64,000 nucleotides of DNA from an uncultured bacterium (GCA_963749495.1 CAVVMW010000015.1:32001-96000), one strand, 5' to 3'; counted from the first letter of the stretch, positions 43,216 through 54,449 are shown. A program made the numbers and translations. The notes: generated from the sequence alone by a model not told the origin.

Positions 43216-45213
43216 TCACTGCCCCTGCACCGGTTTGCGCGGCAGCTTCGCATCGGCCATGGCCGCCTCGTAAACGAAGGTGGCCATGATCACGGCGGCT
43301 TGCTTCAGATCGTCGGGCGGGCAGCGGTCGACGACGTCCTGGTTGGTGTGGTGGGTGCGCGTGCCGTAATCCAGGGGGTCCTGGAGGAACTGAAAACCGG
43401 GCAGGCCGATGCCATCGAAGGACAGATGGTCGGTGCCGCCGGTGTTGGAAGAAGTGATGGTTTCGGCGCCGAGGTCGCGGAACGGTTCGAGCCAGGCCCG
43501 GAACAACGGCCGGACGGCCTCGTTGTTTTGCATGTAGATGCCGCGGATCTTGCCTGCGCCGTTATCGAGGTTGAAGTAGGCGGAGAGGTTCTCATAATCC
43601 TTGAGCCGCACCAGCTTGCGGCCTGAGGAGGAGCCGGTGCTCGACTGCCTGGAACCGGGCGCGCCGCGGGCAACATCGTTGGTCGAGGAGGAATTCCGGA
43701 AAAACCTGCTCAGGCCCGCCAGGACCGCGCGAGGGATGTCGGAATCCGCATCTTTGCCCTTGGGCGAGCGGAGGTCCTTTCCGGTGGTGGCGGCCAACTC
43801 GTTGGTGCGCGCGGCAGTACCTGTGGTGTTGGTGTAGTAGCCGAAATGGCTGGAGACATAAGCCTTGGAGCCAAACAGGCCCTGCTCCTCGCCGCTCCAG
43901 AGCCCCACGCGGATCGTGCGGCGCGGTTGGACCTTGAGCGTGGCAAGGATGCGGGCGGCTTCCATGGCCACCGCCACCCCGACGCCGTTGTCCGTGGCGC
44001 CGGTGCCGGCGTGCCAGGAGTCCATGTGCCCGCCCAGCATCACGATTTGGTCCTTGAGATCGCTGCCGGGGATTTCAGCGAGGGTGTTGTAGGCCATCAC
44101 GTCGTCGCCATGGAACTGGACCTGCAGGTCCACGGCCATCCTGAGCTTCTCGCCTTTCTGAATCATGCGGACCAAGCGGTTGTAGTCCTCGGCGGCCAGG
44201 GTGATCTGGGGCGGGATGGAGGGGGCGTTGGTGGCCCAGACGCGCGTCAGGCCGGCCATGGCTTCGGCGAAGCCGCCCGCGGCATTGGTGCGGGAAGCGT
44301 CGCGCATAGGAGCCGACGCGGCCTGCACCAGCAGAGTTCCATCGTCGCCCATCATGCTGGGGCTGACGACCAGTGCGGCGCCCTCTTTGGCCGCAAAAGA
44401 GAGGGCGCGGAACGGGCTCTGGAATCGCGCCGAGGGCGCCCGGCGCGAGGGGGAGGGCCGGCGCTCGCCCATCATAAACGAGTAGCGGCTGATATTGTCG
44501 GTCCCGGCGTTGGCCAACCGCAGGAGGTTCGTCTCATTGATGCGGGTCGCCAAGGGGTCGAAGTGCGGGCCCAGTTCGCGCGGCGAGCCCGCCAGCACGA
44601 TGGCGCCCTTGAGCTTGCCCTCGAACGGCTGCAGGTCGTTGTTGGTCCCGGCGTCCAGATAGACCACGTCGGCAACCAGTGGCTTTTCCAGGCCGGGCGA
44701 CCAGGCGGCCGGACAGCCCAGGAGCGGGATGGTCTGCGGCTCGATGACCTGGGCCGAAAACCGCTTGAGCGACCAGCCGCGTCCAAACGGGCCCCAGGCC
44801 TCCAGGTGCGCGTTGGTCAGCCCCCAGCACTGCATCTGGCTGCGCGTCCACTCGTTGGCGCGCTTGAGATTGGGCGAGCCCGTCAGCCGCGGACCGATGA
44901 CATCGCACAGATAGGAGAGCGTCTCCATTACCTGCGAATGCTCCATCCCCTCGACCCGGATGCGGGCGATGGTCTCGTCATGGAGCGCTTTCTTGTCCGA
45001 AGACGAGGTCTCGGCGGGCATTGCCGGCCAGGCCAGGAGCGCAGCGGCCATGGCAACCACGACATATCGAACGGCGCGCGAGGACGCGAAGCCTTTTGGA
45101 CTGCGGCAGTCCTCTGCCGCTTTTTGGAAGCTGGGAATGAGAAAGCGCCAGAGGACTGGCGCAGTCCAAAACCTTGCGGGCTTGGCGGAGTTCATGGGAA
45201 GGGGCGTTTTCAT
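43216..45213 (-). CDS. M28-family metallopeptidase (carboxypeptidase Q-like), secreted
   Basis: IGPRLTGSP, GGHMDSWH, GATDNG, WSGEEQGL, YFNLDNG, GGTDH, HHTNQD; start uncertain (REPIN inside the 5' end). Confidence 0.88.
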   Translation of the reverse strand: MKTPLPMNSAKPARFWTAPVLWRFLIPSFQKAAEDCRSPKGFASSRAVRYVVVAMAAALLAWPAMPAETSSSDKKALHDETIARIRVEGMEHSQVMETLSYLCDVIGPRLTGSPNLKRANEWTRSQMQCWGLTNAHLEAWGPFGRGWSLKRFSAQVIEPQTIPLLGCPAAWSPGLEKPLVADVVYLDAGTNNDLQPFEGKLKGAIVLAGSPRELGPHFDPLATRINETNLLRLANAGTDNISRYSFMMGERRPSPSRRAPSARFQSPFRALSFAAKEGAALVVSPSMMGDDGTLLVQAASAPMRDASRTNAAGGFAEAMAGLTRVWATNAPSIPPQITLAAEDYNRLVRMIQKGEKLRMAVDLQVQFHGDDVMAYNTLAEIPGSDLKDQIVMLGGHMDSWHAGTGATDNGVGVAVAMEAARILATLKVQPRRTIRVGLWSGEEQGLFGSKAYVSSHFGYYTNTTGTAARTNELAATTGKDLRSPKGKDADSDIPRAVLAGLSRFFRNSSSTNDVARGAPGSRQSSTGSSSGRKLVRLKDYENLSAYFNLDNGAGKIRGIYMQNNEAVRPLFRAWLEPFRDLGAETITSSNTGGTDHLSFDGIGLPGFQFLQDPLDYGTRTHHTNQDVVDRCPPDDLKQAAVIMATFVYEAAMADAKLPRKPVQGQ

Positions 45214-45280
45214 TGGGTTTGACTCTAATGCCTGGCACCGCCCTTGCAAGCCGATTTGCAGGGGCTTTCCAGGACCGGGC

Positions 45281-45375
45281 AGGGCCGTTGACAAAGTTGT
45301 AGCGCAGGTTTCCAAACCTGCGCTACGCTGGCGCCCCTGCGCACAGGCGCGCCGACCGAGAATGTCAATGGCCCT
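45281..45375. mobile_element. MITE-like element, IR AGGGCCGTTGACA / TGTCAATGGCCCT, enclosing a GTAGCGCAGG hairpin
   Basis: 13-bp IR with one mismatch; first 41 bp match the reverse complement of 28348-28388 with one mismatch. Confidence 0.65.
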
Positions 45376-45404
45376 GCAGGGCCGGGCGTGAGGCGTTTTT
45401 GGGG

Positions 45405-45490
45405 AAGGGACGAAAGGGACAAAAGGGACAAAAGGGATCAGACACTCGCCCCCTCGCCCCTCGCCCCTCGGCACTCGACCCTCGACACTC
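45405..45490. repeat. Nonamer (GGGACAAAA)n then heptamer (CCCTCGC/CTCGACC)n
   Basis: Read directly; between divergent genes. Confidence 0.88.
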
Positions 45491-45526
45491 CCGGATTGCG
45501 GCCTAAAGTACCGTCGTGACACTCGA

Positions 45527-47209
45527 ATGAAAACTCTGGCCGCGTCCATTGCCATCTCGATACCCATGCTCACCGCCGCTGCGCGAACACCGGGCGCGTC
45601 CATCGCCCCTGACCTCATCATTTTCAATGGTTCCGTCCACACGATGGACCCGGCCCAGCCGATGGCCGGCGCCGTGGCGATCGGCGGAAACCGCATTGTT
45701 GCCGTCGGCGCCACTGCCGAGGTTCGCGCCCTGGCCGGGCCTCGCACCCGCCTGGCAGATGCCGCCGGCAAGCTGGTCTTGCCCGGGTTCAACGACGCCC
45801 ACGTCCATTTCCTCACCGGCGGGTTTTCGCTCAGCAATGTTGACCTGCGCGACGCCACCTCGCCCGGCGAGATGGCCCGGCGCCTGGCGGATTTCGCCCG
45901 AAGACTGCCCAAGGGCCAATGGATCCTCGGCGGCGATTGGGACCATGAGAAGTGGCCGGGCGCGCCTCTGCCCACCAGGGAGATGATCGATGCCGCCACG
46001 CCCGGCCACCCGGTCTTGGTGAATCGTCTGGATGGCCACATGGCCCTGGCCAACAGCCTCGCCCTCGAACTGGCCGGCATCACCCCCGAAACCAAGGACC
46101 CGCCCGGCGGCCTCATCGTCCGGGACCCAAAGACAGGCCGGCCGACGGGCATACTCAAGGACGCCGCCCAGGGCCTGGTCGAGCGCGTGCTGCCGGAAAG
46201 GACCTTCGAAGAGAAGCACGCCGCCGCGCTGGCGGCCACCCGGCACGCCGCCCAACTGGGCGTGACCAGTCTTACCGACATGTCGGCCGGCGAGGACGCT
46301 CGCCTGTATCAGTACATGGCCGAGCGCGGCGAACTCAAGACGCGCATTTATGCTATCCGCTCGATCCTCTCATGGGAAGTCCTGGCCAGGGCCGGCGTCC
46401 GCGCCGCCTTTGGGAGCGACCTGGTCCGCATCGGCGGCCTCAAAGGTTTCGCCGACGGCAGCCTCGGTTCGACCACGGCCTTGTTCTTCGAGCCCTACAC
46501 CGATGCCCCCGGCACGCGGGGCCTGCTCGGCGACCAGATGCTGCCCGAAGGGGCCATGCTCCAACGCGCCCTGGCCGCCGACAAGGCCGGCCTGCAGGTC
46601 ATGATCCATGCCATCGGGGACGAGGCCAATGCCCGCATCCTCGACCTCTACCAGGCCGTGGCGGACAAGAACGGCCCGGGCGACCGCCGCTGCCGCATCG
46701 AACACGCCCAGCACCTGCGCCCCGCCGATATCCCCAGGTTCGGCGCTTTGCAGGTCATCGCCTCGGTGCAGCCCTTCCACCTCGCCGACGACGGACGCTG
46801 GTGCGAGAAACGCATCGGTCCCGAGCGCCTCAAGGGCACTTATGCCTTTCGCTCGCTCCTGGAGGCCGGCGCCGTCCTGGCCTTCGGCTCCGATTGGACC
46901 GTAGCGCCGCTCAATCCATTGGCAGGCATCAAGGCCGCCGTGTCCCGCCAAACCCTGGATGGCAAACACCCCGATGGCTGGCTGCCCGAGCAGAAACTCA
47001 CCGTCGATGAGGCGGTCCGCGCCTTTACCGTCGGCTCCGCCTTCGCCGAGTTCGCAGAGAAAGTCAAGGGCACGCTCACCCCGGGCAAACTGGCCGACCT
47101 GGTCGTGCTCGACCGCGACCTCTACCGGGTCAACCCGGGTGAAATCGACAAGGCGCGCGTGGTGCTGACGATTATGGATGGACGGGTCGTATTCGCAAAT
47201 GACGAATGA
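45527..47209 (+). CDS. Amidohydrolase_3 (YtcJ-like) metal-dependent hydrolase
   Basis: [51 protein letters not shown]. Confidence 0.9.
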   Translation: MKTLAASIAISIPMLTAAARTPGASIAPDLIIFNGSVHTMDPAQPMAGAVAIGGNRIVAVGATAEVRALAGPRTRLADAAGKLVLPGFNDAHVHFLTGGFSLSNVDLRDATSPGEMARRLADFARRLPKGQWILGGDWDHEKWPGAPLPTREMIDAATPGHPVLVNRLDGHMALANSLALELAGITPETKDPPGGLIVRDPKTGRPTGILKDAAQGLVERVLPERTFEEKHAAALAATRHAAQLGVTSLTDMSAGEDARLYQYMAERGELKTRIYAIRSILSWEVLARAGVRAAFGSDLVRIGGLKGFADGSLGSTTALFFEPYTDAPGTRGLLGDQMLPEGAMLQRALAADKAGLQVMIHAIGDEANARILDLYQAVADKNGPGDRRCRIEHAQHLRPADIPRFGALQVIASVQPFHLADDGRWCEKRIGPERLKGTYAFRSLLEAGAVLAFGSDWTVAPLNPLAGIKAAVSRQTLDGKHPDGWLPEQKLTVDEAVRAFTVGSAFAEFAEKVKGTLTPGKLADLVVLDRDLYRVNPGEIDKARVVLTIMDGRVVFANDE

Positions 47210-47315
47210 CACAGGGGCCTGCCGCCCTCTTGTCTGACCGGTCCGACCAGTCCGACCGGTCTGACTCGAGGAAAATCGCTCGTTTCAAGGCTGCGGCCAG
47301 GGCAAGATAGTGCAC

Positions 47316-49747
47316 ATGCGCGAATTGAGAACTAACCACATGTTCCCGGGAATGGTTGCGGTTGGGCTTGCGGTGCTGGCGGCAGGTCCGCTGCCGGCCC
47401 TGGCGGCGGCCCCCTCGGCCAGCCTGGTTATCCAGGCGGATCGACCGGGCCAAGAGTCAGCCCGACGCTCTACGGCATTTTCTTCGAGGAGATCAACTGC
47501 GCGGGTGACGGCGGGCTATATGCCGAGATGGTCCGCAATCGGTCCTTCGAGGATTCGGCTCGGCCGGAGCATTGGTCGCTCGTGACCGATGGAACGGCCA
47601 AAGGCGAGATGGCGGTCGAGGCAGGGCAGGGGATGAACCAGAAGAACCCGCGCTCGCTGAGGCTGAGCGTCACCGAGGCCAGCGCCGGCCGTGTTGGCGC
47701 GGCCAACGACGGCTATTGGGGGATGTCGCTCCGGGAGGGCGCCGCTTACGAACTCTCCTTGGATGCCCGCGCCGGCGCCGGGTTCAGCGGTCCGCTGGCG
47801 GTGTCGCTGGAGAGCGGCGACGGCAAGGTCTATGCCCGGGAGACATTCAGCGGGCTCTCGGCGGAGTGGAAGCCGTTCAGAGCCACGCTGACCTCGACCG
47901 CCACGGATGCGAAGGCGCGCCTGGTGGTGAGCGTCTCGGAGCCGGCCACGATTTGGCTGGACATGGTGTCGCTGTTTCCCCAGCAGACGTGGAAGGGCCG
48001 GGCCAACGGCCTGCGGCCGGACCTGGCGGGGATGTTGCAGGGGCTGCGCCCGGGCTTCGTCCGTTTTCCGGGCGGCTGCTGGGTGGAAGGCGATACCCTG
48101 GACCTGGCCTATCGCTGGAAACAGACCATCGGTCCCGTCTCCGATCGCCGCAACCAATACAACATCTGGCAATACTACTCGACCCATGGCCTGGGCTTCC
48201 ACGAGTACCTCCAGATGTGCGAGGACCTGCGCGCGGAACCGCTCTTCGTCATCAACTGCGGCATGTCCCACCATGGGAACGTCCCGATGGACCAGCTTGA
48301 CCCCTGGGTGCAGGATGCCCTCGACGCCATCGAATACGCCAACGGCCCCGCCGCCAGCCAGTGGGGAGCAATGCGCGAAAAAAACGGGCACCCGGCCCCG
48401 TTCAACCTGCGGTACATGGAAATCGGCAATGAAAACGGCGGCCCGCCCTATCGCGAGCGCTATGCCGCCTTCTACAAGGCCATCAAGGCCAGGCACCCGG
48501 AGATGCGCCTCATCGCCGATGAATGGGGCGGCGTGCCGGCCGGTTGCCCGATCGAGGTCGTGGACGAGCACTACTACAGCAGCCCGGGCTTTTTCATCCA
48601 GCAAGCCACGCGCTACGACACTTACGACCGAAACGGCCACAAGGTCTATGTGGGCGAATACGCCGTGACCGCCAACTGCGGCAAAGGCAACCTCCGCGGC
48701 GCCCTGGGCGAAGCCGCCTTCATGACCGGCATGGAGCGGAACAGTGATGTCGTCATCATGGCCTCCTACGCCCCGCTCTTTGCCAACGTCAATTACAAAC
48801 GCTGGAACCCCGACCTCATCAACTTCGACAACTCGCGCGTCTATGGCACGCCCTCCTATTATGTCCAGAAGCTCTTCGCCGAGAACTGCGGCAACGTTGT
48901 CCTCCCGGCCCGCCTGGAGGTCGCGTCCATGCCCCAAGAGGCCAACCACGGCGGCATCGGCCTGGGCACCTGGGACACCCAGGCCGAATACAAGGACATC
49001 AAAGTCGCCCAGGGGGACAAGGAGCTGTTCTCCTGCGACGGGGCGGACCTGAAGGGTTGGCGCATCTTCGGCGGGGACTGGCGGGCCGAGGAGGGCGCCA
49101 TCCGGCAGACCGGCGGCGGCAACGACCGCCGCGCCCTGGCCGGCGACCCGGCCTGGCAGGATTACACCCTCACCCTCAAGGCCCGCAAACTCGGCGGTGC
49201 CGAAGGCTTCCTGGTCATGTTCCATGTGCAGGACGACGACAATTGGCTCTGGTGGAACGTCGGCGGCTGGGGCAACACGCGCCACGCCATCGAGCAATGC
49301 GCCGAGGGCGGCAAGACGACCCTGGGCCGCGACGTGGCCGGGTCCGTCCAGACCGGGCGCTGGTACGACCTGCGCATCGAGTTGAAGGGGCCCGACATCC
49401 GCTGTTTCCTGGACGGCAGGCAGGTCCACAGCGCCACCGATTCCCGGCTGCTCCGGCCCCTCCATGTCGTAGCTGGCCGCTCCGAACGCACCGGCGAACT
49501 CATCCTCAAAACGGTCAATGTCTCGAGCACGGACTATGACACGGACATCCGGTTCGAGGGCGTCAAGAGTGTGCTGGCGCCGGCCCGGGCCACGGTCCTG
49601 ACCTCACCCGACCCGGCGGATGAGAACTCCCTGGAGCAGCCCGCGAAGGTTGCGCCCGTCGAGACAATCCTCCAGAATGCCGCCACCAGTTTCCGCCACA
49701 CCTTCCCGGCCCACTCGGTGACGGTGATGCGGGTCAAGACAGAATAG
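47316..49747 (+). CDS. GH51 alpha-L-arabinofuranosidase with inserted beta-sandwich; frameshift near 47450
   Basis: Signal peptide; SPTLYGIFFEEIN, RFPGGC, IEYANG, EIGNEN, DEHYY, YVGEYA, MASYAPL. Confidence 0.92.
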
Positions 49748-49755
49748 ATGGCTAA

Positions 49756-49894
49756 GAGTGTGTCCGAAGAATTCGCCGGAATGAAAACTTTGTCGCAGCC
49801 TTTGTCGAAACCTTTGTCGGATTCGCCATTTTCGACAAAGGTCGCGACAAAGGCTGGGACAAAGATACGCTATCGGAGTTTTGCGGACAGGCTC
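49756..49894. mobile_element. MITE with IR GAGTGTGTCCG / CGGACAGGCTC, TAA on both sides, internal TTTGTCG / CGACAAAG inverted arrays
   Basis: TAA at 49753-49755 and 49895-49897; 9 of 11 IR positions match. Confidence 0.65.
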
Positions 49895-49918
49895 TAAGAC
49901 AAAACATCCCCTTCTCGC

Positions 49919-51607
49919 ATGAGCGCCAAATACACCATCGGTCTGGATTACGGCACCAACTCGGTGCGCACAGTCATCGTCAACGCCGCCAACGGGCGCG
50001 AGGTCGCGACCGCCGTCTGGAGTTACCCCGCGGGCACCCAGGGGGTCATCCTCTCGCGCGACCCGAACCTGGCGCGGCAGCACCCGGCCAACTACGTCAA
50101 AGGGGCTGAAGTCACCCTGGGCAAGGCCCTGGCGGCGGCCAAACGCGCGGTGCGCGGTTTCAAGCCCAACCAGGTCATCGGCATTGGCGTTGATACGACC
50201 GGCAGCACGCCGATACCCGTGGACGAGAAGGGCCAGCCGCTGGCCTTCCAAAAGCGGTTCGCCAAGAACCCAGCCGCGATGGCGTGGCTTTGGAAAGACC
50301 ACACGGGCGTGGCCGAGGCGGGGGAGATTACGCAGTTGGCGCGCAAGATGCGCCCGCAGTACCTGGCCAAGTGCGGCGGGACTTACTCCAGCGAATGGTT
50401 CTTCAGCAAGATCCTGCACTGCCTGCGCGCCGGCCCGGAGGTATTCGACGCCGCCTGGACCTGGGTGGAATGCGCCGATTGGGTGCCCGCAATGCTCACC
50501 GGGACCGAGTCGCCCGATCGCCTCACGGTGGGGGTCTGTGCCGCCGGGCACAAGGCCATGTACAGCGACGAATGGGGCGGTTACCCGGACGCCGAGTTCC
50601 TGGCGCAATTGGAGCCGAAGCTGGGCCAGTTGCGCTCCCGTCTGCGGCCCAAGGCCAGCACGATCAACCGGGCGGCGGGCGGCCTGACGGTTGAATGGGC
50701 CAAACGAACGGGCCTCTCAGCGGGCATCCCGGTGGCGGTCGGGGCCTTCGATGCGCACCTGGGCGGCGTGGGGTCCGGGATCGCCCCGGGCACCCTCGTC
50801 AAGATCATCGGCACCAGCACGTGCGATATGATGGTGGCGCCGCTGGACCAGAAGTTGCCGGACATCCCCGGCCTCTGCGGCATCGTCAACGGGAGCATCC
50901 TCCCAGGCTATTACGGGTTGGAGGCAGGCCAGTCGGCCGTTGGCGACATCTTCAATTGGTTCGTCAACTATATCCAGCCCCACGGGCCCAAGGCGGGGTC
51001 GCACGAGGCCCTCAGTGCCGCCGCCTCAAGGCTCGCCCCGGGCGAATCGGGTCTGCTGGCCTTGGACTGGAACAATGGCAATCGGACCATCCTGGTGGAC
51101 CAGCGCCTGAGCGGCCTGCTGGTGGGCCAGACGCTCTACACCACGCCCGCCGAGATCTACCGCGCCCTCATCGAGGCCACCGCCTTCGGCGCGCTCACTA
51201 TTATCAATCGCTTCCAGGAGTACGGCGTCAAGGTCGAGCGGGTCGTCAATTGCGGCGGCATCGCCGAAAAGAACCCGTTGGTGATGCAGATCTACGGTGA
51301 CGTCACCGGCCGGCCGATAGCTATCTCGCGTTCGGCCCAGACCTGTGCCCTGGGCGCCGCCATCGCGGGCGCTGTCGTCGCCGGCAAAGCGGCCGGCGGC
51401 TACGACAACTACGCCGACGCCCAAAAGGCCATGACCGGTCTCAAGTCACGCGTCTTCCAGCCGAACCCCGAGGCCCACCAGGTCTATCAGCGGCTCTACG
51501 GGCTCTACCGGAAACTGCACGACGCCTTCGGCACCCAGCAAGCACAGGGCAATCTCTATGATGTGATGAAAGAACTAATCCAGATACGAAATGCCGCGAG
51601 GAAGTAA
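49919..51607 (+). CDS. araB: L-ribulokinase
   Basis: IGLDYGTNSVR, GVDTTGSTP, LWKDH, YSSEWF, GAFDAH, GLEAGQSAVGD, LDWNNGNRT, IEATAFG. Confidence 0.95.
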   Translation: MSAKYTIGLDYGTNSVRTVIVNAANGREVATAVWSYPAGTQGVILSRDPNLARQHPANYVKGAEVTLGKALAAAKRAVRGFKPNQVIGIGVDTTGSTPIPVDEKGQPLAFQKRFAKNPAAMAWLWKDHTGVAEAGEITQLARKMRPQYLAKCGGTYSSEWFFSKILHCLRAGPEVFDAAWTWVECADWVPAMLTGTESPDRLTVGVCAAGHKAMYSDEWGGYPDAEFLAQLEPKLGQLRSRLRPKASTINRAAGGLTVEWAKRTGLSAGIPVAVGAFDAHLGGVGSGIAPGTLVKIIGTSTCDMMVAPLDQKLPDIPGLCGIVNGSILPGYYGLEAGQSAVGDIFNWFVNYIQPHGPKAGSHEALSAAASRLAPGESGLLALDWNNGNRTILVDQRLSGLLVGQTLYTTPAEIYRALIEATAFGALTIINRFQEYGVKVERVVNCGGIAEKNPLVMQIYGDVTGRPIAISRSAQTCALGAAIAGAVVAGKAAGGYDNYADAQKAMTGLKSRVFQPNPEAHQVYQRLYGLYRKLHDAFGTQQAQGNLYDVMKELIQIRNAARK

Positions 51608-51645
51608 GGGCGGCGAGGCAAAGAGGACAAGCATGATGCACAGGA

Positions 51646-52041
51646 GCATCCTGAAAGGATGCGGTCTCTCAGCCCAGGGTTGCGCGGAACGCGCTACCCT
51701 GGGTAAAGGGCCAGAATTGATCTCAACCCTGAAAGGGTTGCAGCCTGCAGGCGGCCCGGCGAGCTGCAACCCTCCCCATGAACCGACACCAAGTCCGAAG
51801 GTTTTGGACTGCGGCAGTCCTCTGCCGCTTTCGCGCCGGCAGCGAGGGGACACAAAAGCGGCAGAGGACTGCCGCAGTCCAAAACGCTTCGCGGGACGGG
51901 AACGCAGTGTCGAGGTTCAGGGGCGCAAAGCGCGAATTCGTTCGGGGAATTCTTTCAGGGTTGCGGGTCGCGGCGTGCTCCTACCCAGGGTAGCGCGTTC
52001 CGCGCAACCCTGGGCTGAGGGCCGGAATCCCTTTGGGATTC
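51646..52041. repeat. Three-level nested palindromic repeat complex
   Basis: Perfect 38-bp IR 51668-51705 / 51982-52019; insert 51774-51953; inner REPIN 51801-51885. Confidence 0.9.
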
Positions 52042-52091
52042 AAGAAGCCCCGCGGTGTCGGTCAGCTCACGGGTTCCCGGCCAAGGAGCGC

Positions 52092-52237
52092 GCGCGTCGC
52101 ATAGCGACGCTTGAGAACAGGCCCAAACGCGACCCCTCTCGATATGTCAAGCGTCGCTGCGCAACGTTGCGCAAACGGGGCGTCCGACACCGTGGACTGA
52201 AGTCCACGGCTACCTTCAGAGGGTCGCTACGCGACTG
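52092..52237. repeat. REP-like element (GCGTCGCATAGCGACGC; CCGTGGACTGAAGTCCACGGCTAC)
   Basis: Series of short hairpins upstream of araD. Confidence 0.7.
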
Positions 52238-52260
52238 CGGAACTCCGACCCGCCTGACGC

Positions 52261-52995
52261 ATGCTTGATGATCTCAAAGAAACCGTCTGCCGGGCCAACC
52301 TCAACTTAGTCAACGAGGGCCTGGTCATCCAGACCTTCGGCAATGCCAGCGGGATTGACCGCGCCGCCGGCGTGGTCGTCATCAAGCCCTCCGGCGTGGC
52401 TTATGACCGGATGAAACCGGAGCAGATGGTAGTCGTGGCCCTGGATACCGGGCGGGTGGTCGAGGGCCTGCTCAACCCGAGTTCCGATACCCCAACGCAC
52501 CGGGCGCTGTATCGGGCCTTTCCCGAGGTCGGCGGCATCGTCCACACCCACAGCCTCTTCGCCACGGCCTGGGCGCAGAGCGGGCGCGAACTGCCGGCAC
52601 TGGGGACGACGCACGCCGATTATTTCTGCGGCCCGGTGCCGATTACGCGGCTGCTCAGGCCCGACGAGATCGAGTCGGATTACGAAACCAACACCGGCCA
52701 GGTGATCGTCGAGACCTTCGCCGGGCTCGACCCGCTCTCCTGCCCGGCTGTGCTGGTGGCCAGCCACGGGCCATTCACCTGGGGCAGGACCGCCGACCAG
52801 GCCGTCCACAACGCCGTCATCCTCGAGCACCTGGCCCGGCTGGCGGGGGAGACTTTGAGAGTTTTTCCTTCCGTCCAACCGATGCAACGGGTATTGATGG
52901 AGAAGCATTTTTACCGCAAACACGGCCCCGGCGCCTACTACGGCCAGGGGCCGGCGGTGGAAAAGAACGAGCGAGAGAAGCGTGGAGAAGCTTGA
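52261..52995 (+). CDS. araD: L-ribulose-5-phosphate 4-epimerase
   Basis: FGNASGIDR, IKPSG, PSSDTPTH, HTHS, GTTHADYF, HGPFTWG, KHGPGAYYGQ. Confidence 0.95.
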   Translation: MLDDLKETVCRANLNLVNEGLVIQTFGNASGIDRAAGVVVIKPSGVAYDRMKPEQMVVVALDTGRVVEGLLNPSSDTPTHRALYRAFPEVGGIVHTHSLFATAWAQSGRELPALGTTHADYFCGPVPITRLLRPDEIESDYETNTGQVIVETFAGLDPLSCPAVLVASHGPFTWGRTADQAVHNAVILEHLARLAGETLRVFPSVQPMQRVLMEKHFYRKHGPGAYYGQGPAVEKNEREKRGEA

Positions 52996-53021
52996 GGTTC
53001 TCAGAGCTTCAAGGGAGACGT

Positions 53022-53182
53022 GAATTGAAAATTGAAAAATGCAAATTGAAAAATGCAAATTGAACACACCATCCGCCTTCAGAGCTGTTCAGCAATTTTC
53101 AATTTTCAATTTTCAATTTTCAATTTTCAATTCTTGATGATTAGTTTTCCCTCGCGCTGGAGATTCCGGTGAACAGGTCTGA
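53022..53182. repeat. (AAATTGA/AAATGCA)n and inverted (TTTTCAA)n arrays; the second lies inside a MITE-like IR (53079-53182)
   Basis: TCAGAGCTGTTCAGC / GGTGAACAGGTCTGA IR with two mismatches. Confidence 0.8.
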
Positions 53183-53233
53183 GGCTACTCCTGCTAATAC
53201 TCACAACACACCAGTCAACTCCCCCATCACCCC

Positions 53234-54427
53234 ATGATTCACACCTCCTCCTTTCCTTGGCTCCAAATTCTCTTCCCAGGCCTGGGCCTGGCTTTGCTGG
53301 CCGGGTGCGCCTCGGGTCCGCAGGCCGGCACAGCCGGCGTGGACCGGCAGTCCGCCGGCGCGGAGCGGCGCCCGGCCGTCGTGGAGCGGCATCCCTTCGG
53401 CCAGACCCGGGACGGCACGCCCGTGGACCTCTACACCCTTCGCAACCACAAGGGCGCCGAGGCGCGGATTGCCAGTTATGGCGGCCTGCTCATCTCGCTG
53501 AAGATGCCCGACCGCGACGGTCGCTTGGGCGACGTGGTGCTGGGCTACGACGACCTTGCGGATTACATCAAGGACAGCCCCTATTTTGGGGCGCTGGTCG
53601 GGCGCTACGGCAATCGCATCGCCAAGGGCAAATTCATCCTCAACGGCCAGCAATATACCCTGGCCACCAACAACTATCCCAATGCCCTCCACGGCGGCCT
53701 CAAGGGCTTCGACAAAGTTCTCTGGGACGCCAAGGTCCAGGCCACGCCCGAGGGGCCCGCTCTCAAACTGGATTATGTCAGCAAGGACGGCGAAGAAGGA
53801 TACCCCGGCACCCTCACCGTCAGCGCCCTCTATACCCTGACCGAGGACAATGCCCTCCGGCTCGAGTTCACCGCCACGACCGACAAGGACACCGTCCTGA
53901 ACCTGACCCACCACTCCTACTTCAACCTGGCCGGCCAGGGCGACATCCTCAATCACCAGGTCATGATTGCCGCCAGCCGCTTCACGCCCGTGGACAGCAC
54001 GCTCATACCCACGGGCCAGCTCCTCCCGGTCCAGGGCACCCCGTTTGATTTCCGCCAGCCCACGGCCATCGGCGCCCGCATCGGCCAGGATAACGAGCAA
54101 CTCAAATTCGGCGGCGGTTATGACCACAACTGGGTAATCGACAAGCCCCTGGGCCAACTCGGCCTTATGGCCCGCGTCTTCGAGCCCACGACCGGGCGCG
54201 TCATGGAAGTCCTCTCGACCGAGCCCGGCCTCCAGTTCTACTCCGGCAATTTCCTCAACGGCTCCAACAAGGGCAAGGGCGGCTGGGTTTACCAGTTCCG
54301 CAACGGCTTCACCATGGAACCTCAGCATTACCCGGATTCCCCCAACAAGCCGAATTTCCCCTCCGTGGTCCTCAAACCCGGCCAGACATTCCATAACGTG
54401 ATCATCTATCGCTTCTCCACCCAGTAA
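53234..54427 (+). CDS. galM: Aldose 1-epimerase (mutarotase), lipoprotein
   Basis: LAG-C lipobox; GRYGNRIAKG, LHGG, EGYPG, NLTHHSYFNL, GYDHNW, EPQHYPDSPN. Confidence 0.93.
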   Translation: MIHTSSFPWLQILFPGLGLALLAGCASGPQAGTAGVDRQSAGAERRPAVVERHPFGQTRDGTPVDLYTLRNHKGAEARIASYGGLLISLKMPDRDGRLGDVVLGYDDLADYIKDSPYFGALVGRYGNRIAKGKFILNGQQYTLATNNYPNALHGGLKGFDKVLWDAKVQATPEGPALKLDYVSKDGEEGYPGTLTVSALYTLTEDNALRLEFTATTDKDTVLNLTHHSYFNLAGQGDILNHQVMIAASRFTPVDSTLIPTGQLLPVQGTPFDFRQPTAIGARIGQDNEQLKFGGGYDHNWVIDKPLGQLGLMARVFEPTTGRVMEVLSTEPGLQFYSGNFLNGSNKGKGGWVYQFRNGFTMEPQHYPDSPNKPNFPSVVLKPGQTFHNVIIYRFSTQ

Positions 54428-54449
54428 CGCCCGGTGGAGGCAGGACTAT

